Of a DNA stretch of 64,000 bases, positions 1 to 13,000 are shown in pieces. How positions within the stretch are numbered: the stretch's first letter is position 1; every line of letters starts with the position of its first letter. Source of the DNA: Octopus sinensis. Lineage: Eukaryota. The stretch spans positions 95,976,001 to 96,040,000 of the forward strand of contig NC_042998.1 of assembly GCF_006345805.1 (NCBI RefSeq). Direction: 5' to 3'. The translations under genes and the position numbers were made by a program. The notes under the pieces are model-generated. The model saw nothing but the letters and a program-made list of their open reading frames with translations, searched no databases and was not told the DNA's origin.

Positions 1-455
1 GCATTCCAGGCAATGCTATTTCTAGTGAGACAAAGACAAAAGTAGTCAACAAAAGTAAAATAGAATTGTCTGTTCTTTGCTGGGAGAAATTAAAAGACTA
101 TTGCAATAAAGAATTTAATCATTTGTAGGGAATGAGAATGCCTGCAGTGGAAGAATTGCATATAAAGATCATTGAAATGATGTGTAAGCATTCGGAAAGT
201 GAGGTGGTGGCTGGTAATGGATATAGTGAGGAATTTAGTATACAGCTAAGCATTCACCCTGTTTTTGTCCTGTACTCTTCAATTCATTACAGATCAAGAA
301 CCCATTACAAAACAGTTCAAGAACTGATTGCCTTTGAAAACTTCTGTGTATTGACAACTTTTAGTCACAGCAAAATCTCTCGAAAATATGCTGAGAAAGT
401 TTGAAACCTGGGAAAATAGAGTCAAAACAAAGGATGAAGTTAATATAACAAAGAA

Positions 456-634
456 TATAAATGGATGCTGAAAAGGTCCAACTGTCTGAGTTCTTTTACA
501 GGGCTTAGAAAAACTGAAGGACTGTTGCAAAAAGTGTGTGAACCTGAGAGGGGAATGTGTTAAATAAAATCAATTAATTGATCCTCCTGTATTTTCTTTT
601 ACCAAAAGCCAAGAACTTTTCAGTACCAACTCAT
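456..634 (+). mobile_element. mariner-derived MITE (degenerate copy)
   Basis: Ends ...ggatgctgaaaag / cttttcagtacc...cata. The interior translates as FFLQGLEKLKDCCKKCVNLRGECVK*, resembling a mariner transposase C-terminus. Inverted homologue at 1291-1511. Confidence 0.65.
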
Positions 635-877
635 AGTATGGAACTTAGCAGCAGATGCCACAGCATTATGGTAGCAACAGGGAATGTAAGAGAGATGTAA
701 ATGGGAGAATTCAGTGCTGTGTAGACAATAAAATAAATGAGTCCATATGAATTGCAGTCAGACCTCTGGTGGACTGACTTTAGGTGCATAAGCTACATTG
801 GGTAACTATTGGTTGAGAGATTTCAGGATGGTTTTTGTTAAAGGTAATAAGTAATTTCTTTTATCTTGACATCATAC

Positions 878-1060
878 TTCACCCTTTAGCATTCAGATTA
901 CAAAATTTTGATGATGTGGTTGTTTCTTTTGTTTGTTTTTTTTTTTTTTTGTAGAATAACATTGTAGAGAAGGAGTGAGAGGTCAGATCTGGCCAATTTG
1001 AACATAAAACAAGTAGAATATTTGGGGCAGATATGGCTGGTTTAAATGCTGAAGAGTGAA
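878..1060. mobile_element. piggyBac-type MITE
   Basis: ttca-CCCTTTAGCATT ... AATGCTGAAGAG-tgaa: degenerate TTAA flanks and CCCT/AGGG-type TIRs. Partial reverse copies at ~26600-26810 and ~28310-28516. Confidence 0.55.
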
Positions 1061-1290
1061 TGCAGAAAGCCAGATAAAAAGTAACATTAGTTGAAAGTTA
1101 GGAGGCAGAAATTCTATCCATTCTGAAAATTCTAAATATAGAAAAGGTTTCTTGTTTTGAGGGCCAAGCTGTATGACAGAGAATCTAATCCTCAATGGAA
1201 ATGAGAATGGGTAATATCTGAAGGCGTTGAGTAACTAGGGAAGAATGAAATACATATGGTTTGGTAGATGTGCAAAGGTAATCTGCAATA

Positions 1291-1511
1291 TACGAGGGGA
1301 TGCTGAAAAGTTGCTGGTTTTGGGTGAAAGAAAATACAGGAGGATCAGCTAATTCTGATTGTATTCAACATACTTCCCTCTCAGATTCACACACTTATTG
1401 CAGTGGTCCTTCAGATTTTCTGAGCCCTGTAAAAGAACTCAGAATGTTGGGCCTCCAACCAGGCCTTTTGCAATACACTTAAAGCCAGGAACTTTTCAGC
1501 ACCCACTCATA
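1291..1511 (-). mobile_element. mariner-derived MITE with TA target-site duplication
   Basis: TA-cgaggggatgctgaaaagtt ... aacttttcagcacccactca-TA TIRs. The interior is the reverse complement of 456-634. Confidence 0.75.
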
Positions 1512-1975
1512 ATTTGATACATGGGCAGCCATAGCACAGTAATGTGCAACAAAGTTATCTGCAGTGCAAAAAAGTAGACTAAGAATACAATTCACTATTA
1601 ATAGTAGCAACATAAATATGATGAAAGGTAAACTTATGCTAGTTTAGGCATGTGATTCAAATAGAGGATGAAAGTTAACTGTAAAGGAAAAAAAAAAAAG
1701 CCATGCATGAAGAGGTCAAGGAAGAGCAGTGAAGAAACAATCATATTTCACTCATTCCAAAGAAGAGCATTAGTATGATTGATAAAGAAGAAATGGTAAA
1801 ACTTTTCCCAGAAAACTAATTGCTTCTTAATGAAAAAATATTTTTTCTCAGCAGCATTTAGAAAACATTTATTGGATTCATTTTAAAACCATGGGAAATT
1901 CACAACATTAATCAATTATGAATACTAGCAAGCCTACCCATCTACAATGGGAAATGAAAGAAGGGTGGGAAATAA

Positions 1976-2192
1976 TCTTTTCTACTCTAGGCACAAGGCC
2001 CGAAATTTTTTTGGCTGGGAGGACAATCGATTAAATCAACCCCAGCATGCAACTGGTACTTAATTTATTTACCCTGAAAGGATGAAAGGCAAAGTCAATC
2101 TCGGTGGAATTTGAACTCAGAACATAAAGACAGACGAAATACCATTAAGCATTTCGCCCGGCATGCTAATGATTCTGCCAGCTTGCCGCCTT
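1976..2192 (-). mobile_element. tRNA-derived SINE family A nested in the Helitron 3' region
   Basis: Minus strand: GGCGGCAAGCTGGCAGAATC...GAGTTCAAATTCC (A/B boxes), then central GACTTTGCCTTTCATCCTTTC. Probable TSD aagggtgggaaataat / aagggtggaaaatgat. Confidence 0.8.
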
Positions 2193-2319
2193 AAAGGGTG
2201 GAAAATGATAACTTTAAGTATGACTGTATTGGAAATGTAACAAAATATAAATAACGTTTGGTTTTGATTATACTTATGTACAGTTTTACATAGTACATAT
2301 TCATGATATTATTAGGTTT

Positions 2320-2935
2320 ACAAAACTTCTTTGTAAATGATATTTTGTGTTTGATCAACATTAATTTTCAAATTAGCTGAGTTTGTTGCTCTGCTTATAG
2401 TGACATACAACTGGCCATGGGCAAACATCAGAGTGGGCAGAAACATGATCTAAAGTCTGGCCCTGAGACTTGTTAGATGTGAATGAGAAGGCTAGTTTGA
2501 TGGGAAACTGCCTGTGTCGTAATTGGAAGGGAAACTGGTTGTTGGAGGGTACCAGTGGTATCCGAGGTATGAACAGGCGCTTACCACTGTGAGGGCCAAT
2601 TGCTATCACTGCCTCGATGATATGAGAATTGAGTTGGTTGTGTGATGGTGTATCTTGTTCCGTTGCAATGTCCATTGGCAAGGTCAAAATTTTGTAGGAG
2701 CATTATAGGAGAGTACTTTTACAGTGAGATCCTATGCACAGGTAGTCCCAATGGATTCAAGTTGTTAAGGAAATCCTGTGGATACTGGTGATAATTTCCA
2801 TCGACTATAGTGTCCAAACTTAGATATTGTCGACTTTCTCCTGGGAAGTTGTTAATCATGTAGTCATTAACATTATTGTTTTTATTTATTTATTTTTTGT
2901 CCTGGGTGCTGTACCTAATTGACATCGTTGTAGAG
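2320..2935 (-). pseudogene. Helitron PIF1-like helicase C-terminal fragment (frameshifted)
   Basis: Motifs FLNNLNPLGLPVH, PIMLLQN, GHCNGTR, FIPRIPLVPS, RQFPIKLAFSFTSNKSQGQTL and (other frame) HGQLYVTISRAT, all typical of Helitron RepHel helicases. Confidence 0.88.
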
Positions 2936-3002
2936 GAAGTGCATTGATGGGGTTAAAAGAAACACACACACTTCCTTTTTCTCTCTCTTTCTGTATGTCT
3001 GT

Positions 3003-3052
<50 letters not shown>

Positions 3053-3584
3053 TTTCTCTGTATGCCTGTTTGTCTGTCTGTCTCTCTCTCTCTCTGTCAC
3101 ACACTTTCTGTTTCGCACACCCCCATCAATGTGTTGATGGGGTAAAAGAAAACACACACACACACACACAGTGTGGCTTTCTGTTTCTGTGTGTCTGTGT
3201 TTTTCTCTGTCTTTCTCTCCCTGTCTGTGTCTTTCACACACTTTATGTATTTTTATTTATGTAAACGGAAATGGCTTCCTTAGTTTTGTACGAGAAGCAG
3301 TGTAGCAAGTCTTACCAATAAAATTTTTTAAACATGATATAAACTATTATCAAGATGTCCTTAGTAAGACTGCGAAGTTTCATGCAAGTGTGACCAGTCG
3401 TTTGGCCATGGAAAGGTCACGGACAGATGGATGGACGGATGGAAATAAGACCAACTATAGTAAGATTACCATTTTGACTCAGCACTGAGTTCTAAAACTA
3501 CTACAGTCTCTATTAGTACAAGATTTAGATTACAGAATATAAAACACTGTTTCTATAGCTATAACAAATTACTGACAAAAAACA

Positions 3585-3769
3585 GAGTGGCTGTGTGGTT
3601 AAGATGTTTGCTTCTTAACCATGTGGTCTTGAGTTCAGTACCTCAGCATGTTACTTTGGGCAAGTGATTTTTACTATATCACTGGGCTGACCAAAAGCTT
3701 GTGAATGGATTTGTTAGATGGAAACTAAAAGAAGCCAATCACATGTGTGTGTGGTGTGTGTGTGTGTGT

Positions 3770-3822
<53 letters not shown>

Positions 3823-4035
3823 CTTGTTTTGATGTCACGTAATGGCTGTGAATGAGCATCACTATCATACAAGGAATGTTGTTTGTTTCCAATTTCCCAT
3901 GGAAAACATGTCTAACTCTGGTGAAATATTACCTTACTTGGAAACAGGTGAGGGTTGGCAACAACAAGGGCATCTGGTCATAGAAAACCTGCCTCAACAA
4001 GCATGGAGAAGTGGGCATTAAATGCTGATGTGATA
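3585..4035 (+). mobile_element. tRNA-derived SINE family B, long form with RTE-like tail
   Basis: GTGGCTGTGTGGTTAAG head, CORE-like TTGGGCAAGTG segment, internal (GT)n, and tail ...GCATGGAGAAGTGGGCATTAAAATGCTGATG. Confidence 0.75.
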
Positions 4036-4439
4036 ATAACAGTATGATAATTATTTCCTCTGCATGCAATAGAAAATTTTCTTTTTCTACTTTCATCCTT
4101 ATACATATACTCTTCATGCAGACTGTTTCTGTTTTCTCATCTTTCTTGACATCCCTGTCAAACAGCATATGCAACAATAATGGAAAAATTCTGATAAGCA
4201 AAACTATCAAAATATATACATCATCATAGACTTGGGGAAAACAGTTTTATGAGAAGACAGGCCATATGTACAATGCCCATGAAATGGGGATTTCAAAAAT
4301 ATCCTACAGTAGTGATATGCTAAATTATTTCATTTAATAGCAGTAAATCACTGAGCATTTCAAGGAAATTTACAGCTCATGAATGCACTGCAAACCTCAC
4401 CGCATCCTAAACACTTTAATGACATGCATTAGCAACTTT

Positions 4440-4699
4440 TTCTTATTTCTTTATTGCTCACAGTAGGCTAAACATAGAGGAGACAAACAAGGGGATTAAG
4501 TTGATTACATCGACTCCAGTGATTAAGAGGTTGACTTTGCTTTTCAATCTTTTCGGGGGTCGATTAAATATTAATCGACCCCGAAAAGATGAAAGGCAAA
4601 GTTAACCTTGGCGAAATTTGAACTCAGAACGTTAAGACAGACGAAATATCGCTAGGTATTTCGCCCAGCGTGCTAATGTTTCTGCTAGCTCTCCACCTT
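4440..4699 (-). mobile_element. SINE family A containing an internal fold-back inverted duplication
   Basis: Family A sequence; 4528-4608 is a ~38-bp-arm near-palindrome around AATAT. Confidence 0.75.
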
Positions 4700-4974
4700 G
4701 TATTATAGCAATTAAAAGTACACAAGTTATGACAACATAGCAAAGAAAAATATTTTTTTAATACTTTCCACGAAAAAAGAAAAAAAAACAAATAAATCAT
4801 GCACTATTATAGAAAGATGATACATTTGAATACTGATCACACATGTAGTACAGCCACATTTTAGATGACCTCTACAACTAGACTATTAATCTTTGTATTT
4901 ACTTAACTCTCTACAACCAATGGAAAGCTGCAAAGCTTAGGTCTTTCTTCTGTCGTTTCAATAATGGCACAGTC

Positions 4975-5365
4975 AATGTTGTGTAGTTAAGAAGTTCACC
5001 TTGCAACCATGTGGTTTTGAGTTCAGTCACACTGCACAGCACCTTCAGCAAGTGTCTTCTACTACTACTACATAGCCCCAGCCTGACTAAAGCCTTGTGA
5101 TTGAACTTGGTAGATGTAAAATATGCAGAAGGCTATTATATATGAATGTGTGTGTGTATGCCTGTGTTTGTCCTTCCACTACTGCTTGACAACCAGTGTT
5201 GGTTTGTTCATGTCCTCATAAGTTAGCAGTACAGCAAAGACAGCTGATAAAATAAGTACTGGATTTAAAAAATCAGGACTAAGGTAGATTTGTTTGGCTA
5301 AGACCTTCAAGGCAGTGCTCTAGCACAGTCTCAGTCCAATAACTGAAACAAGTGAAAGATGAAAA
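4975..5365 (+). mobile_element. SINE family B (degenerate)
   Basis: Same head/CORE-like/microsatellite/tail architecture as 12587-13000. Confidence 0.7.
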
Positions 5366-5642
5366 TGGCCTTGGCCCATTTTATATCACTGAATACTCTC
5401 CTCATCTGAACTCAATGTTCTATTGGTTCTGATCCTTCAGGCCCTATACTAAATACATCGTCAATTCCTTCCCCCAGACAAGTGAATCCTTGAAGGACCA
5501 AAACAAAAAAAAAACCCTACAGTGGATTGGTAGAATCATCTTAGCAATGGACAAAATGCAGCTATATTTAGTTATGGGTGTTAAATTTCTCATTTCAAAT
5601 ATCATTGAAGACAGCTTGTTCATCCTTCCAGGGTAGCTAAAA

Positions 5643-6213
5643 TATTGGGTTGTCCGGAAAGTTCATGCCGATTTACAGTAGCTTACCTTTCGACTTCTTT
5701 TAGAACATGGTTGAGTCCATAAAATAGGATTTGACTACACCTCCATTTAGAGCACAGTTTAAGCTATCTTTTCGTGGAAAAAAGTTTATGTTTCTATAAC
5801 CTGTGTTAATTTTGTAACCCTTTAAAATGGAAGATAAGAAAGTTCATTTTTGACACTTGATGCTTTGGGAACCAGACAAAAATTGCTGCAGCTCAGCTGG
5901 GATGTGTTACCCCACCCTCCATATTCACCAGATATTACTCCTTCAGATTTCCACTTATTCAGGTCTCTGCAGAATAGTCTTAATGGTAAAAATTTCAATT
6001 CCTTGGATGATGTAAAAAGATACCTTGATAAATTCTTTGCCATGAAACCACCTCAATTCTGGGAAGAGGGTATTTTCAAGTTAAAGGAAAGATGGAGACG
6101 CATTGTGCAACAAAATGGTTCATATTTGGTTGATTAAAAATGTAATGGCAAGTATTTATTGACCTTTTTCCTTTCCTTCAAAAATCAGTATGAACTTTCT
6201 GGACAACCCAATA
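5643..6213 (+). mobile_element. Internally deleted mariner transposon (D,D34D family)
   Basis: TA-ttgggttgtccggaaagttcatgccgattt ... aaatcagtatgaactttctggacaacccaa-TA TIRs. The N-terminus MEDKKVHF*HLMLWE (ATG 5827) is joined directly to the C-terminal part containing HPPYSPDITPSDFHLFRSL...GIFKLKERW...NGSY. Confidence 0.92.
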
Positions 6214-6694
6214 AAATGCCACTTGAGTATTGTGTTCAATTTAACATGCCTATAAAGCATACCTGAATGAAGTTATAAGAGAGTACAAAATTCATGATTA
6301 AACTCAATGTTGATACTGAGTTGATTCTGGAAAAATAAATATTCATAGTGCTCTAACACATAACCTTCTCCTTTCATTAATGTAATAGGATCATATCAAA
6401 TGTCTTCTCTAAGCTTATAAATGTATGTAAACCCTTTATGCTCAATGGTTACTTTAGTTGGAAAGTTGACACTAATTCTATTTTATGCAACAATGAATTA
6501 TATTAAAAGACATCAACTAACAGTGAAACACCTGTTGAATAAACACATGAAGTTGTAAAACTTGGTAATTTATACAAATTAGGGAAATGGACACAAGAAG
6601 AGAGTTGTAAAAATGATTTGTTATTAGTAATTAAATTACTAAATCAACAAAATACAAACTCTTTATAAGGAACAGCTGTCGACCAATTCTTTCT

Positions 6695-6845
6695 CCTTTC
6701 TGTTTCTCTTTCTTTCTGTATATCTCTCTGTCTTTCTGTATATTTCTCTGTCTTTCTATATATATCTCTCTCTTTCTGTATATATTTCTCTCTTTCTGTA
6801 TCTCTCTCTCTCTCTTTCTGTCTGTCTCTCTCTCATTCATTCATT
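6695..6845. repeat. Degenerate (CT)/(TA) compound low-complexity tract
   Basis: Repeated tttctgtatatatctctct units and (tc)n. Confidence 0.7.
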
Positions 6846-8121
6846 TGTAGCTACCATAACAGGGAAACATGAGAGTATTTTGTATTTCCTTTAACCTCTG
6901 ATCTTGTCAACTGTTGTTCTAAATGTCCACTTCCTACATCTCAAAATGTGATGAAAAAGTTCTGAACATCTCCTTCACTACTATAAGGCCGTGGTTCCCA
7001 AACTTATTTTGTCTTGGAACCTTTATATAATTTTTCAAAATCACAGAGCCCATACCTGTATTTTATAGACAATGCTTATCACCCTAATTTTGATTAGAAA
7101 TTAAATGAAGCAAAATTGTTTTAGAGAGTGAATTTATCCATTTAAGAAATATATAATACTAGTATTATAATCTGATTTTATTCAAGTCTACTCGGTCCAT
7201 ATTTTAAAGATGAGGAATTTTATCCTAGAATCTACACCTTTCAATTGAGCAAACTCAAAGTTGCCATACAAACTCCCCAGCACTTTTAACATGGGTGTGC
7301 AAATTTTCAGGTTAATCCGACCACATTTACTACCACTTTTGCCTGCACAACTGCTTGTGAGGCAACATCCGCCCTTTTCACAAATATATAGTAGATTACT
7401 TTGAAATAGAGAATACCATGTTTTTTGGGTTTTTTCCATAAAATTAACCATTTGTATAAAGTAGTTGTTCAGGCAGTTACTTCTGGAAACTTTTCTTCAG
7501 TGTCTACAATAATATCCAGAAACCAGTGGGTTGCCACTTTATCTCCCTTGGACACTCCCCACCACCTCTCTATCTTTGTAGTGTGCTAATATCAAGGCTT
7601 AAAAGGAACTCACAAACTTAGAGAATAGATCATTTTTTCAGCAAGAAACATTTTCTCCAAATGGCACAAACTCACTCCTTAATTTTATCTACACCTACAT
7701 CTTTTCTGTTCCACTTTTCTCCACAATCCTTTGTTCTATTTTCCCTTTCTTTCCCTGCTTGCTTTAATCCTTTCTTTGAACATGTACTCGACATTTTGTG
7801 CAATTGTGTATTGTTTGACAAATGCATTTACCTATGTATAACTTTGTAGTTGTGTGCCCTTCACTAACTTACACACTGTTCTCTTGATAGTAAGCTATTG
7901 CATCAGCTGCTTGGTTTCTCTTCCACCACTTAATATATCAGCCAGCTTTCTCTTGGCCCTCTTCTCACTTCAACTCTATACCTCTTCTTCCACGTAACTC
8001 TTTGTCCCTCTCAAATACTTTATTCACTTCTGCAAGCCATTACACACACACCAGTTTCACTCAACCAAAGAGGCTGTAACTTGAACTTACTGATATTCAG
8101 CAAATTCTCCTTTATATATAA

Positions 8122-8664
8122 TACAAGGTGATCAAAAAAAAAAACAGAACCCATAAAAATTTTATTAAATCCTATAAAGGTCCAACAAACTTTTTGAAAT
8201 TTGCTGGACTTAAACTTTGGTCTGTATACAATCATTCCCTTTGCACAAAAGTCATGTTCTTTTCAAAATATGCTCCAAATGGCATACGTCACACAGAATT
8301 GTCAGTTACTCAAACACATTCCTCTTTGGGGATTTCCCTGATTATTACTGTGATTGCTGCCTTCAGTTCACCACTTGTTTGAGGGTTGTTCCAGTAAACA
8401 TTATCCTTGAGATACCCCAACAGATAAAAATCTGGGAGGGTTCAAGTCCAGTCAATGCAGTGCCCTCTCAACTTCCTGCTGATCAGTCTCTCCTGAAATC
8501 GCTATCTCAGCCAGGCTGAGGAGTCATTTGATGACAGGGAGTGGGGTGGGGAGCAGCCCCATCTTGCTGGAATCACTGTTTATTTTTATCCCTCTGCATC
8601 ATTTTATTCAAACAGTTTTATTCAAAGATTTGTGGGTTCTGCTTTTTGAAGGGGTCATCCTGTA
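8122..8664 (-). mobile_element. Deleted Tc1/mariner-superfamily element
   Basis: TA-caaggtgatc...cagaaccc and gggttctg...gtcatcctg-TA TIRs. The minus strand encodes FQQDGAAPH and DLNPPDFYLLGYLKDNVY remnants. Confidence 0.8.
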
Positions 8665-10799
8665 ATACAGCTTGTTCCTTGGTTTATATATCAAATATAT
8701 TAGTAATACAACAGCTTTGTATATCTAGGTTAAAGAAGTTAAACCTTGTAAATACCAATTTTTATAAGTTACTCTCCAGTGTTTACATGCCAACTTCTTT
8801 TTTGTTTGTCACTTGTTGAGTCTGAAGAAAGGGGCTGAGCAAATGAACTTTGCAGGACCATTTGAGACTGGTAATATCAATGCAATCAATGTTCTGTTCA
8901 TGAGTGTGGAAATGATTCCAGAGGGTCAATGTTCTGAGGATGATGAATTGGACATGCGAAGACAAGTGAGATAGGGGCACCTGAGAGACAAAGGTACAAG
9001 ATCAGCCAGCTCTCAAGAATAAAGGCCACTATAGTAAAGAACCAAATTGCAGAAAAGCTTGTGGGTCCTTTGTGAAGAGGGTCTCTAGCAACTAGATTGA
9101 ATCTTGTGCAGCACTTTCCAACCAGAATGCTCTTGTTTGTAGCCCTCTGAATGTGCTGCTGTCTTGTCCCCAGCTATACAATTCAAGCACCTAAGAAAGG
9201 TCTTCTCAAACTCTCCTTCATTTCCCAAATTTCACAACTACACACACAGTTGCTCAGAGCCAAGTCCTCTAATCACTTCAAACTAGCATCGTAAACCTAC
9301 TAATACCATCCTCAAAAAAGATACCTGAAGGATTTACTTGCAAGCTCCTGTTTCACAAAATCTTCAGTCTCTATCTTCTCTCTCACTCAACAGGAATATA
9401 TCTTAATCCTTGAAAACACATTCCACTGTGTCTCATTAAAAAAAAAAATAAATGGAGGAGCAAGGTCTCTGACTTTACCAACTACCAACCCTATGGCATC
9501 CACTTTTAATATTTCAAAGGTTAAATAAACTATAAATAAATGCCTCCTCTATCACCTTAGGTTCTTTCATTCTTCAGTGATATGGTTTCCATACAGTATG
9601 GTGTACCTGGTGATTTGCTTTCATATACCAGTCACTTTTGAAAATCTCAACAAAAGCAACATTGCACTTTGAGTGCATCTGGCATGAGAATCTCCAAGCT
9701 AAGTTATCCATTAAATGTTTTTCCAACAAATATTAATCTATTAATGTTTAACACCATGTCAATTTCAGCAATTTCAATCTGGAAGAGAAGTAAAAGTCAT
9801 TCTCATTCCTCTTGCCTGAAAACCTTTGCCCTAACTAATCCATATATAAAAAGCATAGGCATGACTGTGTGGTTAAGAAGCTCGCTTTGGAAACCACACA
9901 GTTTTGGGCCAACCAATGCCTTTTGAGTGAATTTGGCAGACAGAAACCAGACTTTAAAATAATTACTGGAGTCAATTTGTTCAACTAAACAACACTTCAT
10001 GGTGGTTCCCCAGCATGGTTGCAGCCAAATGACTGAAACAAGTAAATGACAAAAGATAAAAGACGAGAAGATATCTCACAACAAAATACAGTCTGTGTAA
10101 CAATCATGCTCTTTGATGAAATGGTCAATAAACCCCAGCACCAGCGCCACTACTACCAAACAAAACAATGGCTGACACAATCCTGAATCATAAGAATGGA
10201 TAAAATCTAAAAGAACTATGCAAGGAAATTAAAGAAAGTTTATAATATCTTATTAATGATAGTGAAGTAGACACTGGGAAATAGCATTATCTGAAAGATA
10301 AAACTTATTACTTAATAAATATTTTCTTAAAACCATTGAATAAAAAAAATAATGAACACGCGATTTTATCAAAGTTGAACAATGTATATTCAATGATATC
10401 AATTTAATTTAGTTATGAGTTAGCTGGTAACCAATAGTTCTATTACTAAATGAATAAATGCCAAGAAATAAAAAAGCAAAAACAAAAATAGAATAAAATA
10501 CAGCTGCTATAATTTGTGATAAATCAATATCACTTTGGAAGAATACTTTACTAACAGTAAATTCCAAAAAGTGGTAGGCATTGTATAGTATTAAAGAGAA
10601 TTGAAAGAAATTTGTGGTATATACACAGAGAACAAACATCACCGTCCAGTCAATTATTAAGTGCTCATACATAATATGAGGGAAAGATTGAATACATACA
10701 TGTGTGTGTTAATATATATCATCATCAACATTTAATGTCTGATTTCCATGCTGGCATGGTTTGGACATGTACACATATAACAAATATATATATCATCAC

Positions 10800-11690
10800 C
10801 ATTTTACTGACACCACCCCTATACATGGCTTGTATGGCTCTCACACACTATTCATCTCCCCCTAGCTTCCTTAGAGATCACCAGATCACAGAACAAGGGA
10901 CTCTGTTGAAGTCTTACTCTAGGTCAATGAATGGCAGTTACAATTTGATTACTTTTAGCTAAATACCTCTCCTGCAGTTGTTTTACTAGCAAGAATAGAT
11001 CAGTAATACTTCTCCTTGACATAGAACCAAACTGCACTGCATCCAGCTTAATTCTCTTAATTAATTGGACTATAACCCTTTCTATAACTTTTATGGCCTG
11101 ATCCAGCCATTTGATAGCTCTGAAATACTTCTCCCTAAGGCATCTCCTTTACCCTTGTAACAGTTGACTATAACACTGCTACAACAGTTGTTCAACTTGA
11201 TTAACTAGACGGCCAACAAAACTATATCCAATCCGTCAAATATTTCAGGCACCTCAGTGGTGATTCTAAATGAACCAGAAGACTTTTCCTACTTTCATAT
11301 CCTTAATAGCTTTATCTATCATACTGCTGTCAACTATAATGGCTGGTCTCAGTTGGATCCAGATTAGGAAGTGTAGCTTTCTCCTGTGCACTCTCTACAT
11401 TTAATAGCCTTTCATAGTAGCACCTCTATGCAGCTGTTTCTTTTTTTTTCAGATTAACTAAGTGCAAATGTACCATTATCAGTCCACACACACTTCTCAT
11501 CACGTCTTAATTCTCTCTGATACATTTATTTGCAATCTAGAACACCTCATGATGTTGATTCTCACACAGTAGAACATTGGCAAACCTCTTACTTTCTGCT
11601 TCTCCATTTGCTATGGAAACCTGTCACCTAGCTTCTCTTCTAGCTACCTAATGTAACTATCTGCTGCCTCCATCTTCCCAGGCTTATGCA
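10800..11690 (-). mobile_element. Highly decayed RTE-clade LINE fragment
   Basis: Minus-strand remnant W.DGGSR....ARREAR.QVSIANGEAESKRFANV...EVF.IANKCIREL resembles the RTE endonuclease-RT linker. Many stops. Confidence 0.55.
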
Positions 11691-12586
11691 CAAATACATA
11701 CAACATATGAATCCATTATAAGTAAACTAGTTTTAAAGAAATGCCAAGTACTTCTGCAAATGTCCTCAATGATTTTCTTCATGTTTTTTTTATTTATTTA
11801 TTTATTATTATTATTTTTTTTTAGAAAACAGAACACTAATTTCTAGAACTATCTGCCAAGAAGATCCACATGAATGAATTTATTAATAAACTGAAAGAAC
11901 TAGTCATTACCAGACAATGGAGCTACACTCTGAATGGGAAACTAAATAGTTAATATAAATACAGTTAATACATATTACATGTAAATACATGAAAATGTAT
12001 AACAGGATAACAAAATGAAGGACTGACAAAAATATTTGATGTGCAACCTACATATGAGGAGCCAAGCTGGATCGGAGAAATAGAAAAATATATCTCTGGA
12101 TCATCATCATCATTTTAATGTCTTTTCCATGATTGCCTGGGCCAGAGGAGATTAGTTTGGGGTTGAGTTTTCATCTGTTAGATTCCCTTCCTGACAACAA
12201 TACCTCACCTGTTTCCATCTGAGATAATAGTCTTCTAGTCTATAGAACAACAGCAAATAGCCCAGACATGGTATCATAGTGGACTACCCAACGACACCTT
12301 CAGTGATGCTATTGTTTATAAACCAGTGGACAAACACACATGGAGACTTGAGAAATATAACACTCTCACAAAAACAGGCATAGACACACAACCATGATGG
12401 ACTTCTTTTAGTTTCTATCAACCAAACCAACTCTGAAAGCTTTTGTCAGCCCCGGACTTCAATAGAAAACACTAGTCCAAGGTGGTTGGGAAACAAATCT
12501 CTTAACCACACATTTACCAAAGCTGTGTCTGCATCTTGACATTTAACGAAAGCAAAGCCAGCTAATTTGCATGATTACTTTATATA

Positions 12587-13000
12587 GGTGTAGGAGTGGC
12601 TGTGTGGTAAGTAGCTTGCTTACGAACCACATGTTTCCGGATTGAGTCCCATTGCGTGGCACCTTAGGCAAGTGTCTTCTATAGCCTCGGGCTGACCAAA
12701 GCCTTGTGAGTGGATTTGGTAGACGAAAACTCAAAGAAGCCCGTCATATATATGAATGTGTGTATATATATATACATGTGTGTGTGTGTCTGTGTTTGCC
12801 CCCCCCCCCCAGCATTGATTGACAACCGATGCTGGTGTGTTTATTTTCCCATAACTTAGCGGTTCGGCAAAAGAGACCGACAAAATAAGTACTAGGCTTA
12901 CAAAGAATAAGTCCTGGGGTTGATTTGCTTGACTAAAGGTGGTGCTCCTGCATGGCCACAGTCAAATGACTGAAACAAGTAAAAGAATAAAGAGAGTAAA
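12587..13000 (+). mobile_element. Full-length tRNA-derived SINE family B
   Basis: GGTGTAGGAGTGGCTGTGTGGTAAG head, CORE-like GCACCTTAGGCAAGTGTCTTC, internal (TA)/(TG) tract, and 3' ...GACTGAAACAAGTAAAAGA. More than a dozen partial copies elsewhere (e.g. ~9856, 13560, 18720, 21460, 22060, 22315, 27297, 29005, 33343, 35170, 36750). Confidence 0.85.

Larger units (their letters stand above)
1925..3465 (-). mobile_element. Internally deleted Helitron with both termini
   Basis: The minus strand begins A|TCTTACTATAG (3465) and ends with hairpin CCCAT-TGTAG-ATGGG (1951-1937) then CTAG|T (1928-1924). It contains a PIF1-helicase fragment and a (CT)n tract. Confidence 0.8.

Noticed and set aside
5850-6137. 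SETMAR-like host exon
   Set aside because: Lies between intact TIRs with a TA TSD and a large internal deletion; simply a mariner relic.
6449-6535. Minus-strand 'NFPTK|gt' as candidate end of QSOX exon 2
   Set aside because: In-frame stop just upstream and no DC/NxxxC motif.
9705-9796. Strong minus-strand acceptor (cttttacttctcttccag) as candidate QSOX exon 2
   Set aside because: The phase-1 continuation gives an immediate TGA, and other frames show no QSOX similarity.
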